A DNA stretch of 64,000 nucleotides from NCBI GenBank assembly GCA_963755985.1, contig CAVWLO010000003.1, forward strand, positions 678,537 to 742,536, written 5' to 3'. A program made the position numbers and the translations under genes. This DNA is from an uncultured Acidimicrobiaceae bacterium (GTDB lineage: Bacteria > Actinomycetota > Acidimicrobiia > Acidimicrobiales > RAAP-2). Under the pieces are notes generated by a model. It saw nothing but the letters and a program-made list of their open reading frames with translations, made no database searches and was not told where the DNA came from. Shown piece by piece: positions 9,428-20,032 of this stretch (positions are counted from its first letter, which is position 1; every line of letters starts with the position of its first letter).

Positions 9428-10726
9428 ATGAGGCGCCTCGCCGTACTCTCCCTGCATACGTCCCCCCTGGCCCAACCGGGAAGCGGGGACGGTGGCGGCA
9501 TGAACGTCTACGTGCGCGAGCTTTCTTCTGCTCTAGCCCGGGCCGGGGTCCGGTGTGATGTGTTCACCCGAGCGTGGTCGCCCGACCTGCCCGAGACGGT
9601 CACGGTCGAGCCCGGCTTCCGGGTTCACCACGTACCCGCCGGCGCCCTGGCCCCCATGGCCAAGGAGGCCCTGCCCACTATCGTCGACGAGTTCACCGAG
9701 GGTGTCCTCAAGCGCATGGCCCAGGCCGATTGGTCGGATCGGACGACTTGGTCGATCGCTGCCGGTGGGGTCGATGTGGGCGACGACGCGGCTTTCGACG
9801 CCGTGCACGCCAACTACTGGCTGAGCGGGCTGTCCGGCCATGTGATCAAGCACGAGCTCAACGTGCCGCTGGTGTCCACCTTTCACACGCTGGACCGGGT
9901 GAAGGCCGAGGCCAGCCCCGAAGAACTGGAGGCCAACGCGTCCGGGCGGCGAGCCGAAGCGGAGGCCTCCATCATCCAGTGCTCGGACACGGTTCTGGCC
10001 TCGTGCTCGGTCGAGGCCGAGCAGATCGTGGCGCTCTACGGCGCCGATCCGTCCCGCATCCGCATCGTGGCCCCCGGTGTCGACCATGCATTCTTCGGTC
10101 CCGGCTTCCGCCCCCAGGCCCGCCGGGCGCTGGGCTTTGCCGCAGAGGGACCTCTGTTGTTGTTCGTCGGCCGCATCCAGCCGCTGAAGGGGGCCAACGT
10201 CGCCGTGCGGACCCTCGCCGCCCTGAACAGCGACTTTCCTGACGCACGGCTGGCGGTGGTGGGTGGCCCGAGCGGCCCCCACGGCCAGGTGGAGGTGGAC
10301 AGCCTGGCCGGCCTGGTAGCCGAGCTGGGTCTCGAGGGGAGGGTCGACTTCGTGGCGCCGCGGCCCCACGAGCTTCTCTCGACCTACTACCGGGCAGCTG
10401 ACGTGTGCCTCGTCCCCAGCCGTTCCGAGTCCTTCGGCCTCGTGGCCCTGGAGGCTGCCGCCTGCGGCACCCCGGTGGTCGCCTCGGACGTGGGAGGTCT
10501 CCAGACCCTGGTGGACCACGGTCGTACCGGGTTCCTGGTTGAGGACCCCACGCCCGAGTGGTTCGCGGCATGGACCGGCCAGATCCTGGCCGAGCCGTTG
10601 CTGGCAGAGCGACTGGGCACGGGCGCCGTCCTCCGGGCCCGACGGTACACATGGGCCCGGGCCGCCGGGCTGTTGCGCCAGATCTACGAGGAGCTCACGG
10701 CCGGCCGCCTGGTGGAGTGTTCTTGA
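9428..10726 (+). CDS. mshA: D-inositol-3-phosphate glycosyltransferase (mycothiol biosynthesis, GT4)
   Basis: The N-terminal signature is LSLHTSPLAQPGSGDGGGMNVYVRELS. The GT4 C-terminal pattern is PSRSESFGLVALEAAACGTPVVASDVGGL. Confidence 0.9.
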   Translation: MRRLAVLSLHTSPLAQPGSGDGGGMNVYVRELSSALARAGVRCDVFTRAWSPDLPETVTVEPGFRVHHVPAGALAPMAKEALPTIVDEFTEGVLKRMAQADWSDRTTWSIAAGGVDVGDDAAFDAVHANYWLSGLSGHVIKHELNVPLVSTFHTLDRVKAEASPEELEANASGRRAEAEASIIQCSDTVLASCSVEAEQIVALYGADPSRIRIVAPGVDHAFFGPGFRPQARRALGFAAEGPLLLFVGRIQPLKGANVAVRTLAALNSDFPDARLAVVGGPSGPHGQVEVDSLAGLVAELGLEGRVDFVAPRPHELLSTYYRAADVCLVPSRSESFGLVALEAAACGTPVVASDVGGLQTLVDHGRTGFLVEDPTPEWFAAWTGQILAEPLLAERLGTGAVLRARRYTWARAAGLLRQIYEELTAGRLVECS

Positions 10727-11220
10727 CGGCTGGGATCCCCGAAGCGGCCGAGCGGCAGGCGGTCTGCGACTGTATCGATGCGTGGGCCGATCGGGAGCTA
10801 TGTGCGTCCGGTGCCCTGGTGGCCGTCGATCGTCAGGAGGGCGGGGACCCGGTGACCGGTGCGCCCCGCTGGTACCTGCGGCTCAAGGGCGAGGAGAAGG
10901 AGTTCGTCACCGTCTGGCTGACCTTCCGGCAGCGGATGCTCCACCACGAGGCCCAGTTCATGCCTGCGCCCGAGACCAACATCGAAGAGACGTGGCGATA
11001 CCTGCTCAAGCGCAATGCCGATCTGGTCGGCATGAGCTTCGCCCTCGGGCTCGAGGACGCCATCTACCTGGTGGGCCGGGTGCCGGCCGACAGGGTCGAC
11101 GACGACGAGCTCGATCGGATCATGGGGGCGTCGCTGGCCTATACCGACGATTGCTTCCCCACGGCCATGACCCTCGGCTACGAGGGGATGTACCGGCGGC
11201 GCCCGCCCTCGCAGCGGTGA
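10723..11220 (+). CDS. YbjN-domain protein, the conserved mshA neighbour
   Basis: It carries WYLRLKGEEKEFVTVWLTFRQRMLHHEAQFMPAP...IYLVGRVP. The TTG start overlaps the mshA stop (TTGA). GTG 10717 is an alternative start. Confidence 0.65.
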   Translation: MTAGIPEAAERQAVCDCIDAWADRELCASGALVAVDRQEGGDPVTGAPRWYLRLKGEEKEFVTVWLTFRQRMLHHEAQFMPAPETNIEETWRYLLKRNADLVGMSFALGLEDAIYLVGRVPADRVDDDELDRIMGASLAYTDDCFPTAMTLGYEGMYRRRPPSQR

Positions 11221-11263
11221 CCGGTCCTCCCACCGACTGCTCGGGCATCGGCGGGCTGGCCAG

Positions 11264-11330
11264 CCGGCCCTCGGTCGTGGCCACCGGCCCTCGGTCGTCG
11301 CCACCCGGCCCTCGGTCGTCGCCACCCGGC
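11264..11330. repeat. 20/21-bp x3 tandem repeat in the YbjN-proC intergenic region
   Basis: The unit is ccggccctcggtcgt(g/c)gccac. Confidence 0.9.
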
Positions 11331-11347
11331 GCTGATAGCTTCGCGGC

Positions 11348-12142
11348 ATGACAGCCCCGAAACTCCTGGTCGTCGGCGGCGGCAAGATGGGATCGGCCAT
11401 GGTGGCCGGAATGCTCGACGCCGGGTGGGCGGCGGCCGACGAACTGGCGGTGGCCGACCCCGATGCCGGACAACGGGACCGGCTGTCCGAACGCCATCCG
11501 GGACTGACGGTCCTCGATGCTCCGGTCGACGCAGAGGGTGCACTCCTTGCCGTTAAACAAGACGCGGTCGACCAGGCGTGCCGGGCTCTCGGGGTCCTCG
11601 GGGTGCCCCGGGTGCTCTCGGTGGTGGCCGGCATCAACACGGCCCGGCTCGAATCTGTGCTTCCGCCGGGCACGGTGGTGGTGCGGGCCATACCGAACAC
11701 CCCGTCGCTGGTGGGGGCCGGGGTGGCCGCCATGTCGGGCGGCGGCACCGCCATCGGCGCCGACCTCGACTGGGCGGAGGGGATCCTCGCTGCAGTGGGC
11801 CAGGTCGTCCGCCTTCCCGAGCGTCACCTCGATGCGGTGACCGGCCTGTCGGGGTCCGGGCCGGCCTACGTCTTCTTGATGGCCGAGGCGATGATCGAGG
11901 CCGGGGTGGCGGCTGGCCTGCCCCGGGACATCAGCCGTGACCTGGTGGTCGGCACGCTCTCCGGCTCGGCGAAACTGCTGGTCGAGACGGGGGACGACCC
12001 CGCCGTGCTCCGGGCCGCGGTCACATCGCCCGGGGGCACCACCGCGGCAGGGCTCCGCACCCTCGAGCTCAAGGCCGTGCGCTCCGCCTTCATCGAGGCG
12101 GTGGCCGCCGCGGCCGAGCGGTCCCGACAGCTGGGTCGCTGA
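11348..12142 (+). CDS. proC: pyrroline-5-carboxylate reductase
   Basis: It carries LLVVGGGKMGSAM, AIPNTPSLVGAG, GLSGSGPAYVFLMAEAMIEAGV and VTSPGGTTAAGL. Confidence 0.9.
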   Translation: MTAPKLLVVGGGKMGSAMVAGMLDAGWAAADELAVADPDAGQRDRLSERHPGLTVLDAPVDAEGALLAVKQDAVDQACRALGVLGVPRVLSVVAGINTARLESVLPPGTVVVRAIPNTPSLVGAGVAAMSGGGTAIGADLDWAEGILAAVGQVVRLPERHLDAVTGLSGSGPAYVFLMAEAMIEAGVAAGLPRDISRDLVVGTLSGSAKLLVETGDDPAVLRAAVTSPGGTTAAGLRTLELKAVRSAFIEAVAAAAERSRQLGR

Positions 12143-12231
12143 CGTCCCGTTCCGGCACCGCTTCCAAATTCTCACTTTCCCCACCAACCACAGTGGCGTA
12201 CAGTCGCCCCAGCGGAGGGAGTGAGACACCG

Positions 12232-12423
12232 ATGGAAGACAGCGCGAGCGCCCGGTTCTTGACCGTCACTGAGGTGGCGGCCAGTCTCCGGGTCTCCAAT
12301 ATGACCGTGTACCGGCTGATCAACGCGGGCGGCCTGCCCGCCGTGCGGATCGGCAAGTCGTTCCGGATACGAGTGGACGACCTCAACCGGTATTTGACCG
12401 GGCAGTACACAAAAGCCGGCTGA
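12232..12423 (+). CDS. excisionase/MerR-type helix-turn-helix DNA-binding protein
   Basis: It carries FLTVTEVAASLRVSNMTVYRLINAGGLPAVRIGKSFRI. Its position after proC matches many actinobacteria. The start could also be GTG 12193. Confidence 0.75.
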   Translation: MEDSASARFLTVTEVAASLRVSNMTVYRLINAGGLPAVRIGKSFRIRVDDLNRYLTGQYTKAG

Positions 12424-12467
12424 TCCTGGCGGCGAGCAAAGACCCGACGGGTCCGGCGCCGAACCCA

Positions 12468-12579
12468 GTCCCGCCTGGTCAGGACCTGACTGGGGTCCCG
12501 CCTGGTCTGGTCTCGCCTGGTCCGGCATCCAGCGCGATCTCGCCTGGTCCGGTTGCGCGTACGGTCCCGCGTGGTCCGG
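12468..12579. repeat. degenerate ~27-bp repeat block upstream of the DUF62 gene
   Basis: gtc(c/t)cgc(c/g)tggtc(cgg) occurs at about 12468, 12495, 12510, 12537 and 12564. Confidence 0.75.
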
Positions 12580-12650
12580 CGCCGAGCACGGGTCGGGAGC
12601 CGGCCGTCTACTTCCTGTCCGACTATGGGCTGGTCGACGAGTTCGCCGGT

Positions 12651-13559
12651 GTGGTCCATGCCGTCGTCCAGCGCCTGGCGCCAGGCGTGCCGGTCATCGA
12701 CCTGACTCATCAGGTCCCCCCTTTCGACGTGGCCGCCGGCGCCAGGGTCCTGGAGCGTGCCCTTCCGCACCTGGGCCAGGGCGTGGTCCTCGCCGTCGTC
12801 GACCCCGGTGTCGGCTCCGATCGCCGGGGCGTGGCCGTCGAACTGGACACCGGGACCGGTCCGCGCTGGATGGTCGGCCCGGACAACGGTCTGCTGCTCC
12901 CTGCCGCCGGCCTCCTCAGGGGCCCCCGCCGAGCCGTCGTCCTCGACGGTGTCTCCACTTTCGACGGCCGGGACGTCTTCGCCCCTGCCGCCGCCCATCT
13001 GGTCGGGGGCGGCCGACCCGAGGCCCTGGGCCGGGAGGCCGAGGTAGGCACGTTGGTGGCCCTACCTGATCGCCGCCCCGAGGCCTCGGTAAGCGATGGT
13101 GTTGTGAGCACGTGGGTGACATGGGTGGACGGATACGGGAACGTCCAGCTTGCCGGCTCGTGCGGCAAGTGGGAGGAAGCGGGGGTTGTCCTTGGTACGA
13201 CGGCGCTGATCGGGCTGCGCCCGTCGCCCGGCGGCGGTCGGGACAGCGCTCGCGAGGTGCCCGCTCAGCCGGTGCCGGCTCGGCCGATGCCTGCTGATCC
13301 GGTCCCCGATCGCCACGTGCCTGCTGACCCGGTCCCCGATCGCCACGTGCCTGCTGACCCGGTCCCCGCTCGCCGCGGTCCGGCTGGCCCGGTGCCCGCT
13401 CGGCGCGTGCCGGCCTTCTCATCGCTGGCCCCCGGCGAGTTCGGCCTGGTCGTCGACTCCAACGGTCACCACGCCCTCGTCCTTGACCGGGACTCGGCCG
13501 CATCGAGGTTGGGCGACCCCGTTCCCGGCACCAGGCTGTGGGTGCGCCTGGACGAGTGA
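12651..13559 (+). CDS. SAM hydrolase / SAM-dependent halogenase family protein (DUF62); start codon unresolved
   Basis: It carries VIDLTHQVPPFDV, LAVVDPGVGS and GPDNGLL. The conserved N-terminal strand VYFLSDYGLVDEFAGV lies upstream of the first canonical start (GTG 12651), in an open frame without ATG, GTG or TTG back to the stop at 12270. It also contains an in-frame 30-bp x5 insertion. Confidence 0.7.
   Translation: MVHAVVQRLAPGVPVIDLTHQVPPFDVAAGARVLERALPHLGQGVVLAVVDPGVGSDRRGVAVELDTGTGPRWMVGPDNGLLLPAAGLLRGPRRAVVLDGVSTFDGRDVFAPAAAHLVGGGRPEALGREAEVGTLVALPDRRPEASVSDGVVSTWVTWVDGYGNVQLAGSCGKWEEAGVVLGTTALIGLRPSPGGGRDSAREVPAQPVPARPMPADPVPDRHVPADPVPDRHVPADPVPARRGPAGPVPARRVPAFSSLAPGEFGLVVDSNGHHALVLDRDSAASRLGDPVPGTRLWVRLDE
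13261..13410 (+). repeat. 30-bp x5 in-frame tandem repeat inside the DUF62 gene
   Basis: The unit is ctgctgacccggtccccgatcgccacgtgc, encoding PADPVPDRHV. The central copies are near-perfect and the outer ones degenerate. Confidence 0.9.
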
Positions 13560-13745
13560 GCGTGGAATGACCGGGTACCGGACAACCGTCATCGTTTTCC
13601 ATTCCCGGCGCACCCTCGGTACGATCCGGCGCAGTGCCCAACCCCGTCGAGCCCTCCGCCCCGGCGCCGATCCCCGAGCGCGACGCCCCCCGGGGATGAG
13701 AGCCGGCCGGAGCCAAGCGGCGAGCGCCGGATCCCAGAGGCCACC

Positions 13746-14402
13746 GTGGTTCGCCTCCCCGTGTATCAGCGGATCCTCGAGGAGCTCCTCCGTTCGGGGA
13801 ACGCCACCGTGTCCTCGGAGCAACTGGCCGCCGCGGCACGGATTAACGCGGCCAAGGTGCGCAAGGACCTGTCGCTGCTCGGTTCGTTCGGGACTCGCGG
13901 ATCGGGCTACGACGCCGCCTTCCTCATCGAGCAGATCGACCGGGAGCTCGGGCTCGACCAGGTGTGGCCGGTGGTCATCGCCGGGATCGGCAACCTGGGA
14001 CGGGCTCTGGCCAACTCCCGGGGCTTTACCACGAGGGGGTTCACCGTCGCGGCCCTGCTCGACGTCGACCCCGCCGTGGTGGGGGAGCGGATCGGTGACG
14101 TCACCGTGCGCCACATCGACGAGCTCGAGGCGGTGGCCGCTGAGCGCAGCCTGTCCATCGGCGTCATCGCCACCCCTGGCTCCGCCGCCCAGCACGTCGG
14201 AGACCTACTAATCGGGGCGGGGGTCCGCTCACTTCTGAACTTTGCTCCCACCGTGCTGGCCGTCCCACCCGAGATCCTCCTGCGCTATGTGGACCTGTCC
14301 ATCGAGCTCCAAGTCATGAGCTTCTACCAGGCCCGACTAGGCGCTACTCCGGCTGACCAGACCATGCCTTCAATCCGTTCAATCGGGTTGACCGGGGCCT
14401 GA
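13746..14402 (+). CDS. rex: redox-sensing transcriptional repressor Rex
   Basis: It carries RLPVYQRILEELL, SSEQLAAAARINAAKVRKDLSLLGSFGTRGSGY and the Rossmann motif VVIAGIGNLGRALA. Its position ahead of hemA matches Streptomyces. Confidence 0.9.
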   Translation: MVRLPVYQRILEELLRSGNATVSSEQLAAAARINAAKVRKDLSLLGSFGTRGSGYDAAFLIEQIDRELGLDQVWPVVIAGIGNLGRALANSRGFTTRGFTVAALLDVDPAVVGERIGDVTVRHIDELEAVAAERSLSIGVIATPGSAAQHVGDLLIGAGVRSLLNFAPTVLAVPPEILLRYVDLSIELQVMSFYQARLGATPADQTMPSIRSIGLTGA

Positions 14403-14429
14403 GGGGCCGCCGCCTCGGTGATCAGAGGA

Positions 14430-14645
14430 TTTGTGGCCAGGTCGGTCATCTGAGGGTTCTCGCCACGCGTGCTTTCGGCGTGTGGGGCTCCTCGTACCGC
14501 AGGACGGGCGTCTGAGGCTGTCGACCACGCCTGGGACCGGCATGGGAGGGCCGCCCGGTAGCGCTCCGACCGGCATGTGAGTGGCGCCCGGTACCCTGGC
14601 GACTGGCGATTTGTGGCCGGGACCGGCATGCTTGAGGCTCGGTTG
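14430..14645. repeat. degenerate ~35-bp tandem array filling the rex-hemA spacer
   Basis: It has 5-6 diverged copies of g(a/g)ccggcat(g/c)tgag(g/t)g...cgcc.ggt. The motif gaccggcatg occurs 3 times and atttgtggcc twice. Confidence 0.65.
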
Positions 14646-14704
14646 AGGTCCACCCGCCTGGGTGCCGGCGATACACCAAGCGACCAAGGGAGTCACCCAC
14701 AGCA

Positions 14705-15988
14705 GTGTCCGTCGTCGTCGTAGGTATCGAGCAGCGCCAGGCCCCGCTCGACCTGCTCGAGCAGGTGGCGGTAGCCGAGAACGCCCTACCGAAGGCGCTC
14801 GGGATGCTGCACGACCGGTCCAACCTGTCCGAAGCGGTGGTTCTCTCGACCTGCCTGCGCACCGAGGTCTACGCCGTGGTCGAGCGCTTTCACGACGGGG
14901 TGGCCGAGCTCCAGGAGTTCTTCGCCGCCATCGCCGGCCAGCCCGTCGAGGCCCTGGCCGACCACCTGATCACCCGGTTCGACGACGACGTGGCCGACCA
15001 CCTGTTCACGGTTGCCTCCGGTCTCGACTCGGCTGTGCTGGGCGAATCCGAGGTCCTCGGCCAGGTCCGACGGGCCTGGGAGCAGGCACGCCGCGAGCGG
15101 GCCTCGGGCCCGGTGCTCAGCTCCTTGTTCCGCCACGCAGTCGAGACCGGGAAGCGGGTCCGGTCGGAGACGGCCATTGCCCGCGGCATCACCTCCCTGT
15201 CGAACGGGGCCGTGGCCATGGCCGCTAATCGCCGGGCGGGCGGCCTGACCGGCGCCCGGATCCTCGTGGTGGGGGCGGGGGAGATGGGTGAAGGGGTCAT
15301 TCGGGCCATGGCCACGCACGATCCGGCCGAGCTCGTCGTGGCCAATCGCACCTCAGCTCGTGCTGCCGAGCTGGTCGCTGTGCTACCGGCTGAGCTCCGC
15401 TCCCGGAGCCGGGTGGGCTCGATGGCCACGGTCCCCGAGGCACTGGCCAAGGCCGATGTGGTGTTCACCTCGGTGGCCACCACGCACCCGATCGTGGAGA
15501 TGTCCGTGCTCGACTCGGCCGTGGCCCGGCGTCAGGCCGGCGATCCGCTTCTGGTGGTGGACTTGGGCGTGCCCAGGAACGTGGAGCCTGCGGCAGCGGA
15601 TCTGGCCGGTGTCACCCTCCTCGACATGGACGCCCTGAGGGCCGCAGTCGAAGGGGCGCTCTCCGGTCGCCAGGGCGAGGTGGCCCAGGCCAGGGCGATC
15701 GTGGTCGACCAGCTGGAGCGCTACCGGGTCGCGGCGCGAGCCCGGGGAGCGGCGCCGGTGGTGTCCGCCCTCCGCTCGCGCGCCGAAGAGGTGCGCCGCT
15801 CCGAGCTCGAGCGGCACCGATCCAAATTGGCTGAGCTGTCCGAGGAGCAGTGGGATCAGGTGGACGCCGTGACCCGGGCCACGGTGGCCAAGCTGCTGCA
15901 CGAGCCGACTGTGGCGGTGAAGGACGCCGCGGGCACCCCCCGGGGCGAGCGCCTGGTTGAGGCCCTCCGGGCCCTGTTCGACCTGTAG
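14705..15988 (+). CDS. hemA: glutamyl-tRNA reductase
   Basis: 427 aa with VVLSTCLRTEVY, the catalytic Cys context, and the NADPH motif ILVVGAGEMGE. Confidence 0.92.
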   Translation: MSVVVVGIEQRQAPLDLLEQVAVAENALPKALGMLHDRSNLSEAVVLSTCLRTEVYAVVERFHDGVAELQEFFAAIAGQPVEALADHLITRFDDDVADHLFTVASGLDSAVLGESEVLGQVRRAWEQARRERASGPVLSSLFRHAVETGKRVRSETAIARGITSLSNGAVAMAANRRAGGLTGARILVVGAGEMGEGVIRAMATHDPAELVVANRTSARAAELVAVLPAELRSRSRVGSMATVPEALAKADVVFTSVATTHPIVEMSVLDSAVARRQAGDPLLVVDLGVPRNVEPAAADLAGVTLLDMDALRAAVEGALSGRQGEVAQARAIVVDQLERYRVAARARGAAPVVSALRSRAEEVRRSELERHRSKLAELSEEQWDQVDAVTRATVAKLLHEPTVAVKDAAGTPRGERLVEALRALFDL

Positions 15989-15992
15989 CACC

Positions 15993-17086
15993 GTGCCTTC
16001 CCGGCCGCAGCTTCGGCTGGCCACACGCCGGTCCCCGTTGGCTCTCTGGCAGGCCCGACGGGTCGCCGAACTGGTGGCCGAGCGGTACCAGGGCGCCGAA
16101 GTCGCCCCGGAGGTGACGCTGGTCACCGTGGATACCGCGGGCGACAGGAACACCGATGTCCCACTGCACTCCCTTGGCGGTCAGGGCGTCTTTGTAAAGG
16201 AGGTCCAGGCTGCCGTCCTCCGGGGCGAGGCCGACGCCGCGGTGCACTCGGCCAAGGACTTGCCGGCCGCGCTCGGCCTCTCGCCTGAAGGACTGGTCCT
16301 GGGCGCGTTCCCCGAACGGGCCGATCCCCGGGACCTCCTGGTCGGCCAGCACTTGGACGACCTAGCCGCCGGCTCCACCGTGGCCACCGGATCGGTGCGG
16401 CGACGCACACAACTGGCCAACCTCCGGCCCGATCTCACATTCGTGGACGTCCGTGGGAACCTTGGGACCCGGCTGGCCGCTGTCGGCCAGAACGGCCTGG
16501 TCGCCGTGGTGGTGGCCAAGGCGGGAGTGGACCGGTTGGGCTGGCAACCGCCTGACGGCATCCACACCGAGGCGCTCGGCACGTTGCTGATGGTGCCCCA
16601 GGTCGGGCAGGGCGCGCTGGCTGTCGAGTGTCGGGCCGACGACGACCGTACGAGGGCTGCCCTGGCCGGCATCGACGACTCCGTCGTCCGCCTGGCGGTC
16701 ACCGCCGAGCGCGCTTATCTGGCTGAGCTCGGGGGCAGCTGCACATTGCCGGTCGGCGCCTACGCTGAGGCGGCGTCCGGCGAGGAGTCGGAGGCGTCCG
16801 GCGAGGAGTCGGAGGCGTCCAGCGAGCAGTCGGAGGGGGTAGGGCCCGGCCAGAGCGGGCAGAGCGGCCAGAGCGGCCAGAGCGGGCAGGCTGGTCGTGG
16901 CCGCCTGCTGTTGACCGCCGTTCTGGCCAGCGAGGACGGTCGGGTGGTGCTGCGCCACTCGGCGCGGGGCGAGGATCCCGGGCAGCTGGGCCGGGACGTG
17001 GCCCGGACGTTGCTCGATGACTGCGGGGGCACCTCGCTCGGGCCCTGGGGCGACGGCGAGGGCACCGGCACAGGGGGGCCGGCGTT

Positions 17087-17090
<4 letters not shown>
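15993..17090 (+). CDS. hemC: hydroxymethylbilane synthase (porphobilinogen deaminase)
   Basis: It carries LRLATRRSPLALWQA, TAGD, GGQGVFVKE and GSCTLPVGAYA. GTG 15993 sits just after the hemA stop. The gene carries an in-frame repeat insertion at 16773-16888. Confidence 0.9.
16773..16888 (+). repeat. 21-bp x3 plus 9-bp x4 in-frame tandem repeats inside hemC
   Basis: The units are gcgtccggcgaggagtcggag (ASGEESE) and cagagcggc (QSG). Confidence 0.9.
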
Positions 17091-18027
<937 letters not shown>

Positions 18028-18031
<4 letters not shown>

Positions 18032-18864
18032 GCGAGGGCCCGGCAGCCCGGCCTCTCACCGGGACAGCCGTGGTGGTCACCCGCACGCGGGCCCAGGCCT
18101 CATCGTTGGTGGACCGCCTCACTGGCGAAGGCGCCACCGTCGTCGAACTGCCCGTGATCGCCATCGAGGATCCTGCTGATGGCGGGCGGGCCCTCAGGCG
18201 GGCGGCAAGTCGGGCCGCAGCCGGTGACTACGACTGGTTGGTGTTCACCTCGACCAACGCTGCCTCTCGGTTTCTGGCTGCGCTGGGCGACCGACCCGTT
18301 CTTGCGTCCAGCCAATGGGCTGCCGTCGGACCGGGCACGGCGGCAACGCTGCGTGGCAGAGGCCATGCTCCGGACCTGATCCCTGCCACGTCGGTGGCCG
18401 AGGCGCTGGGCGACGCGTTCCCTGAAGCGCCAGCCAGGACGGAAGGGGATCCGGTGCCACGGGTCCTGTTCCCCCGGGCCGAGACCGTGTCAGGGGTGCT
18501 GGCCAGCGGTCTCCGGGCCAAGGGATGGGCGGTCGACGAGGTGGTCGCCTACCGGACGGTGGCAGGCACACCGGACCCCGGCGCGCTCGATGCGGCCGGA
18601 CGCGCCGATGCAATCGCCTTCACCTCGTCGTCGACCGTTGCGCACACCGTGTCGCTGCTCGGGCTGGACCACGTCCCGTCGGTGGTGGCCAGCATCGGGC
18701 CCGTCACCTCGGCATCGGCGGTGGCCGCCGGGCTCTCGGTGACGGTGGAGGCGGTCGATCACACTATCGACGGCCTGGTCGCCGCCATTCTCGATGCTCT
18801 TGGCCACGGTGGAGTCCCGGCGAGTGATGGGCGTCCGAGCCATTTGGGAGAGCCTGGTGGATGA
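18028..18864 (+). CDS. hemD: uroporphyrinogen-III synthase
   Basis: It carries VVVTRTRAQASSLVDRLTGEGATVVELPVI, LVFTSTNA and AFTSSSTV. GTG 18028 overlaps the cobA stop (GTGA). Confidence 0.8.
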
Positions 18865-18907
18865 CCGGTGATGGGCGTAGTCGACCGGAGTGGGGACGTC
18901 GGGTCCG

Positions 18908-18960
18908 GGCAGGGACGACAGGCCGGACAGGGAACATGGGCCGGACAGGGACGACAGGTA
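18908..18960. repeat. 18/36-bp repeat in the hemD-hemB spacer
   Basis: ggccggacaggga occurs twice and cagggacgacagg occurs twice. Confidence 0.75.
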
Positions 18961-18994
18961 CCGGATCCGTCGTCCTGCCGTAGGCTGTATTTCC

Positions 18995-20032
18995 GTGTCG
19001 CCCATCGATCCGAGCAATCCGAGGACGGCCTTGACCGTGCCGGCCTTCCCGGCCCGGCGTCTTCGGCGGCTCCGGAGGACCCCGGCTCTCCGGCGCCTCG
19101 TGGCCGAAGCGCGGCTCTGTGTCGACGACCTGGTCGCGCCGCTGTTCGTAGCTGACGGGCTCATCGAGCCCCATCCCATCGCCTCGCTGCCCGGTGTGGT
19201 CCAGCACACGCTTGACAGCCTGGCCACCGAGGCGAAGAGGCTTGCCGGCCTGGGAGTGCCCGGGCTCATCCTGTTCGGGCTGCCGCGGCCGGAGGAAAAG
19301 GACGCGGTGGGCTCCCAGGCCTTCGACCCGAGCGGGATCGTCCAGCGCGGGCTGGCCGCGGTCCGAGAGGCGGTGGGCGATGCAGTGGTGCTTATCGCCG
19401 ACTGCTGCCTTGACGAGTTCACCGATCATGGTCACTGCGGGATCGTCGACCCGGCCACCGGCGACGTCGACAACGACGCCACCCTCCCCCTGTATGCCCA
19501 GACGGCTGTCTCTCAGGCCGCGGCTGGCGCCGATGTGATCGCTCCCAGCGGCATGATGGACGGGCAGGTGGCCGCCATCCGCGATGCCCTCGATCACGAC
19601 GGTCGTGCTGACACGGCAATCCTGGCCTACGCGGCCAAGTACGCCTCTGCCCTCTACGGCCCTTTCCGAGAAGCGGTCGACGTGACCATTGCCGGCGGCG
19701 GAAACCGGAAGGGCTACCAGCAGGACCCACGAAACCGACGTGAGGCCATGGCCGAAGTCGCCCTCGACATTGCCGAGGGCGCCGACATAGTCATGGTCAA
19801 GCCGGCGCTCACCTACCTCGACGTCATCGCCGACGTCTCCGCCGCCGTCGACGTGCCGGTGGGCGCGTACCACGTCAGTGGGGAATACGCCATGATTCAG
19901 GCCGCGGCCGAACGGGGGTGGATCGATGGTCCGGCGGTGGCCCTCGAGCAGGTGACGGCGGTGAAGCGGGCGGGAGCGGACATCATTCTCACCTATTTCG
20001 CCGCGGAACTGGCTGAGGCCTTGGGTGGCTGA
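18995..20032 (+). CDS. hemB: porphobilinogen synthase (ALA dehydratase)
   Basis: It carries FPARRLRRLRRTPALRRLV, LIADCCLDEFTDHGHCG, DVIAPSGMMDG and MVKPAL. GTG 18995 was chosen, but the ORF opens at 18890. Confidence 0.9.
   Translation: MSPIDPSNPRTALTVPAFPARRLRRLRRTPALRRLVAEARLCVDDLVAPLFVADGLIEPHPIASLPGVVQHTLDSLATEAKRLAGLGVPGLILFGLPRPEEKDAVGSQAFDPSGIVQRGLAAVREAVGDAVVLIADCCLDEFTDHGHCGIVDPATGDVDNDATLPLYAQTAVSQAAAGADVIAPSGMMDGQVAAIRDALDHDGRADTAILAYAAKYASALYGPFREAVDVTIAGGGNRKGYQQDPRNRREAMAEVALDIAEGADIVMVKPALTYLDVIADVSAAVDVPVGAYHVSGEYAMIQAAAERGWIDGPAVALEQVTAVKRAGADIILTYFAAELAEALGG

Noticed and set aside
13560-13745. A Rex operator or intrinsic terminator between the DUF62 gene and rex (ggaatgac...gtcat cgtttt ccattcc), and a Rex operator upstream of nuoA (28990-29083)
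   Set aside because: No TGTGA-N-TCACA-type palindrome is present at either site. The inverted repeats upstream of rex have only 5-6 bp arms with irregular spacing, which is too weak to call.
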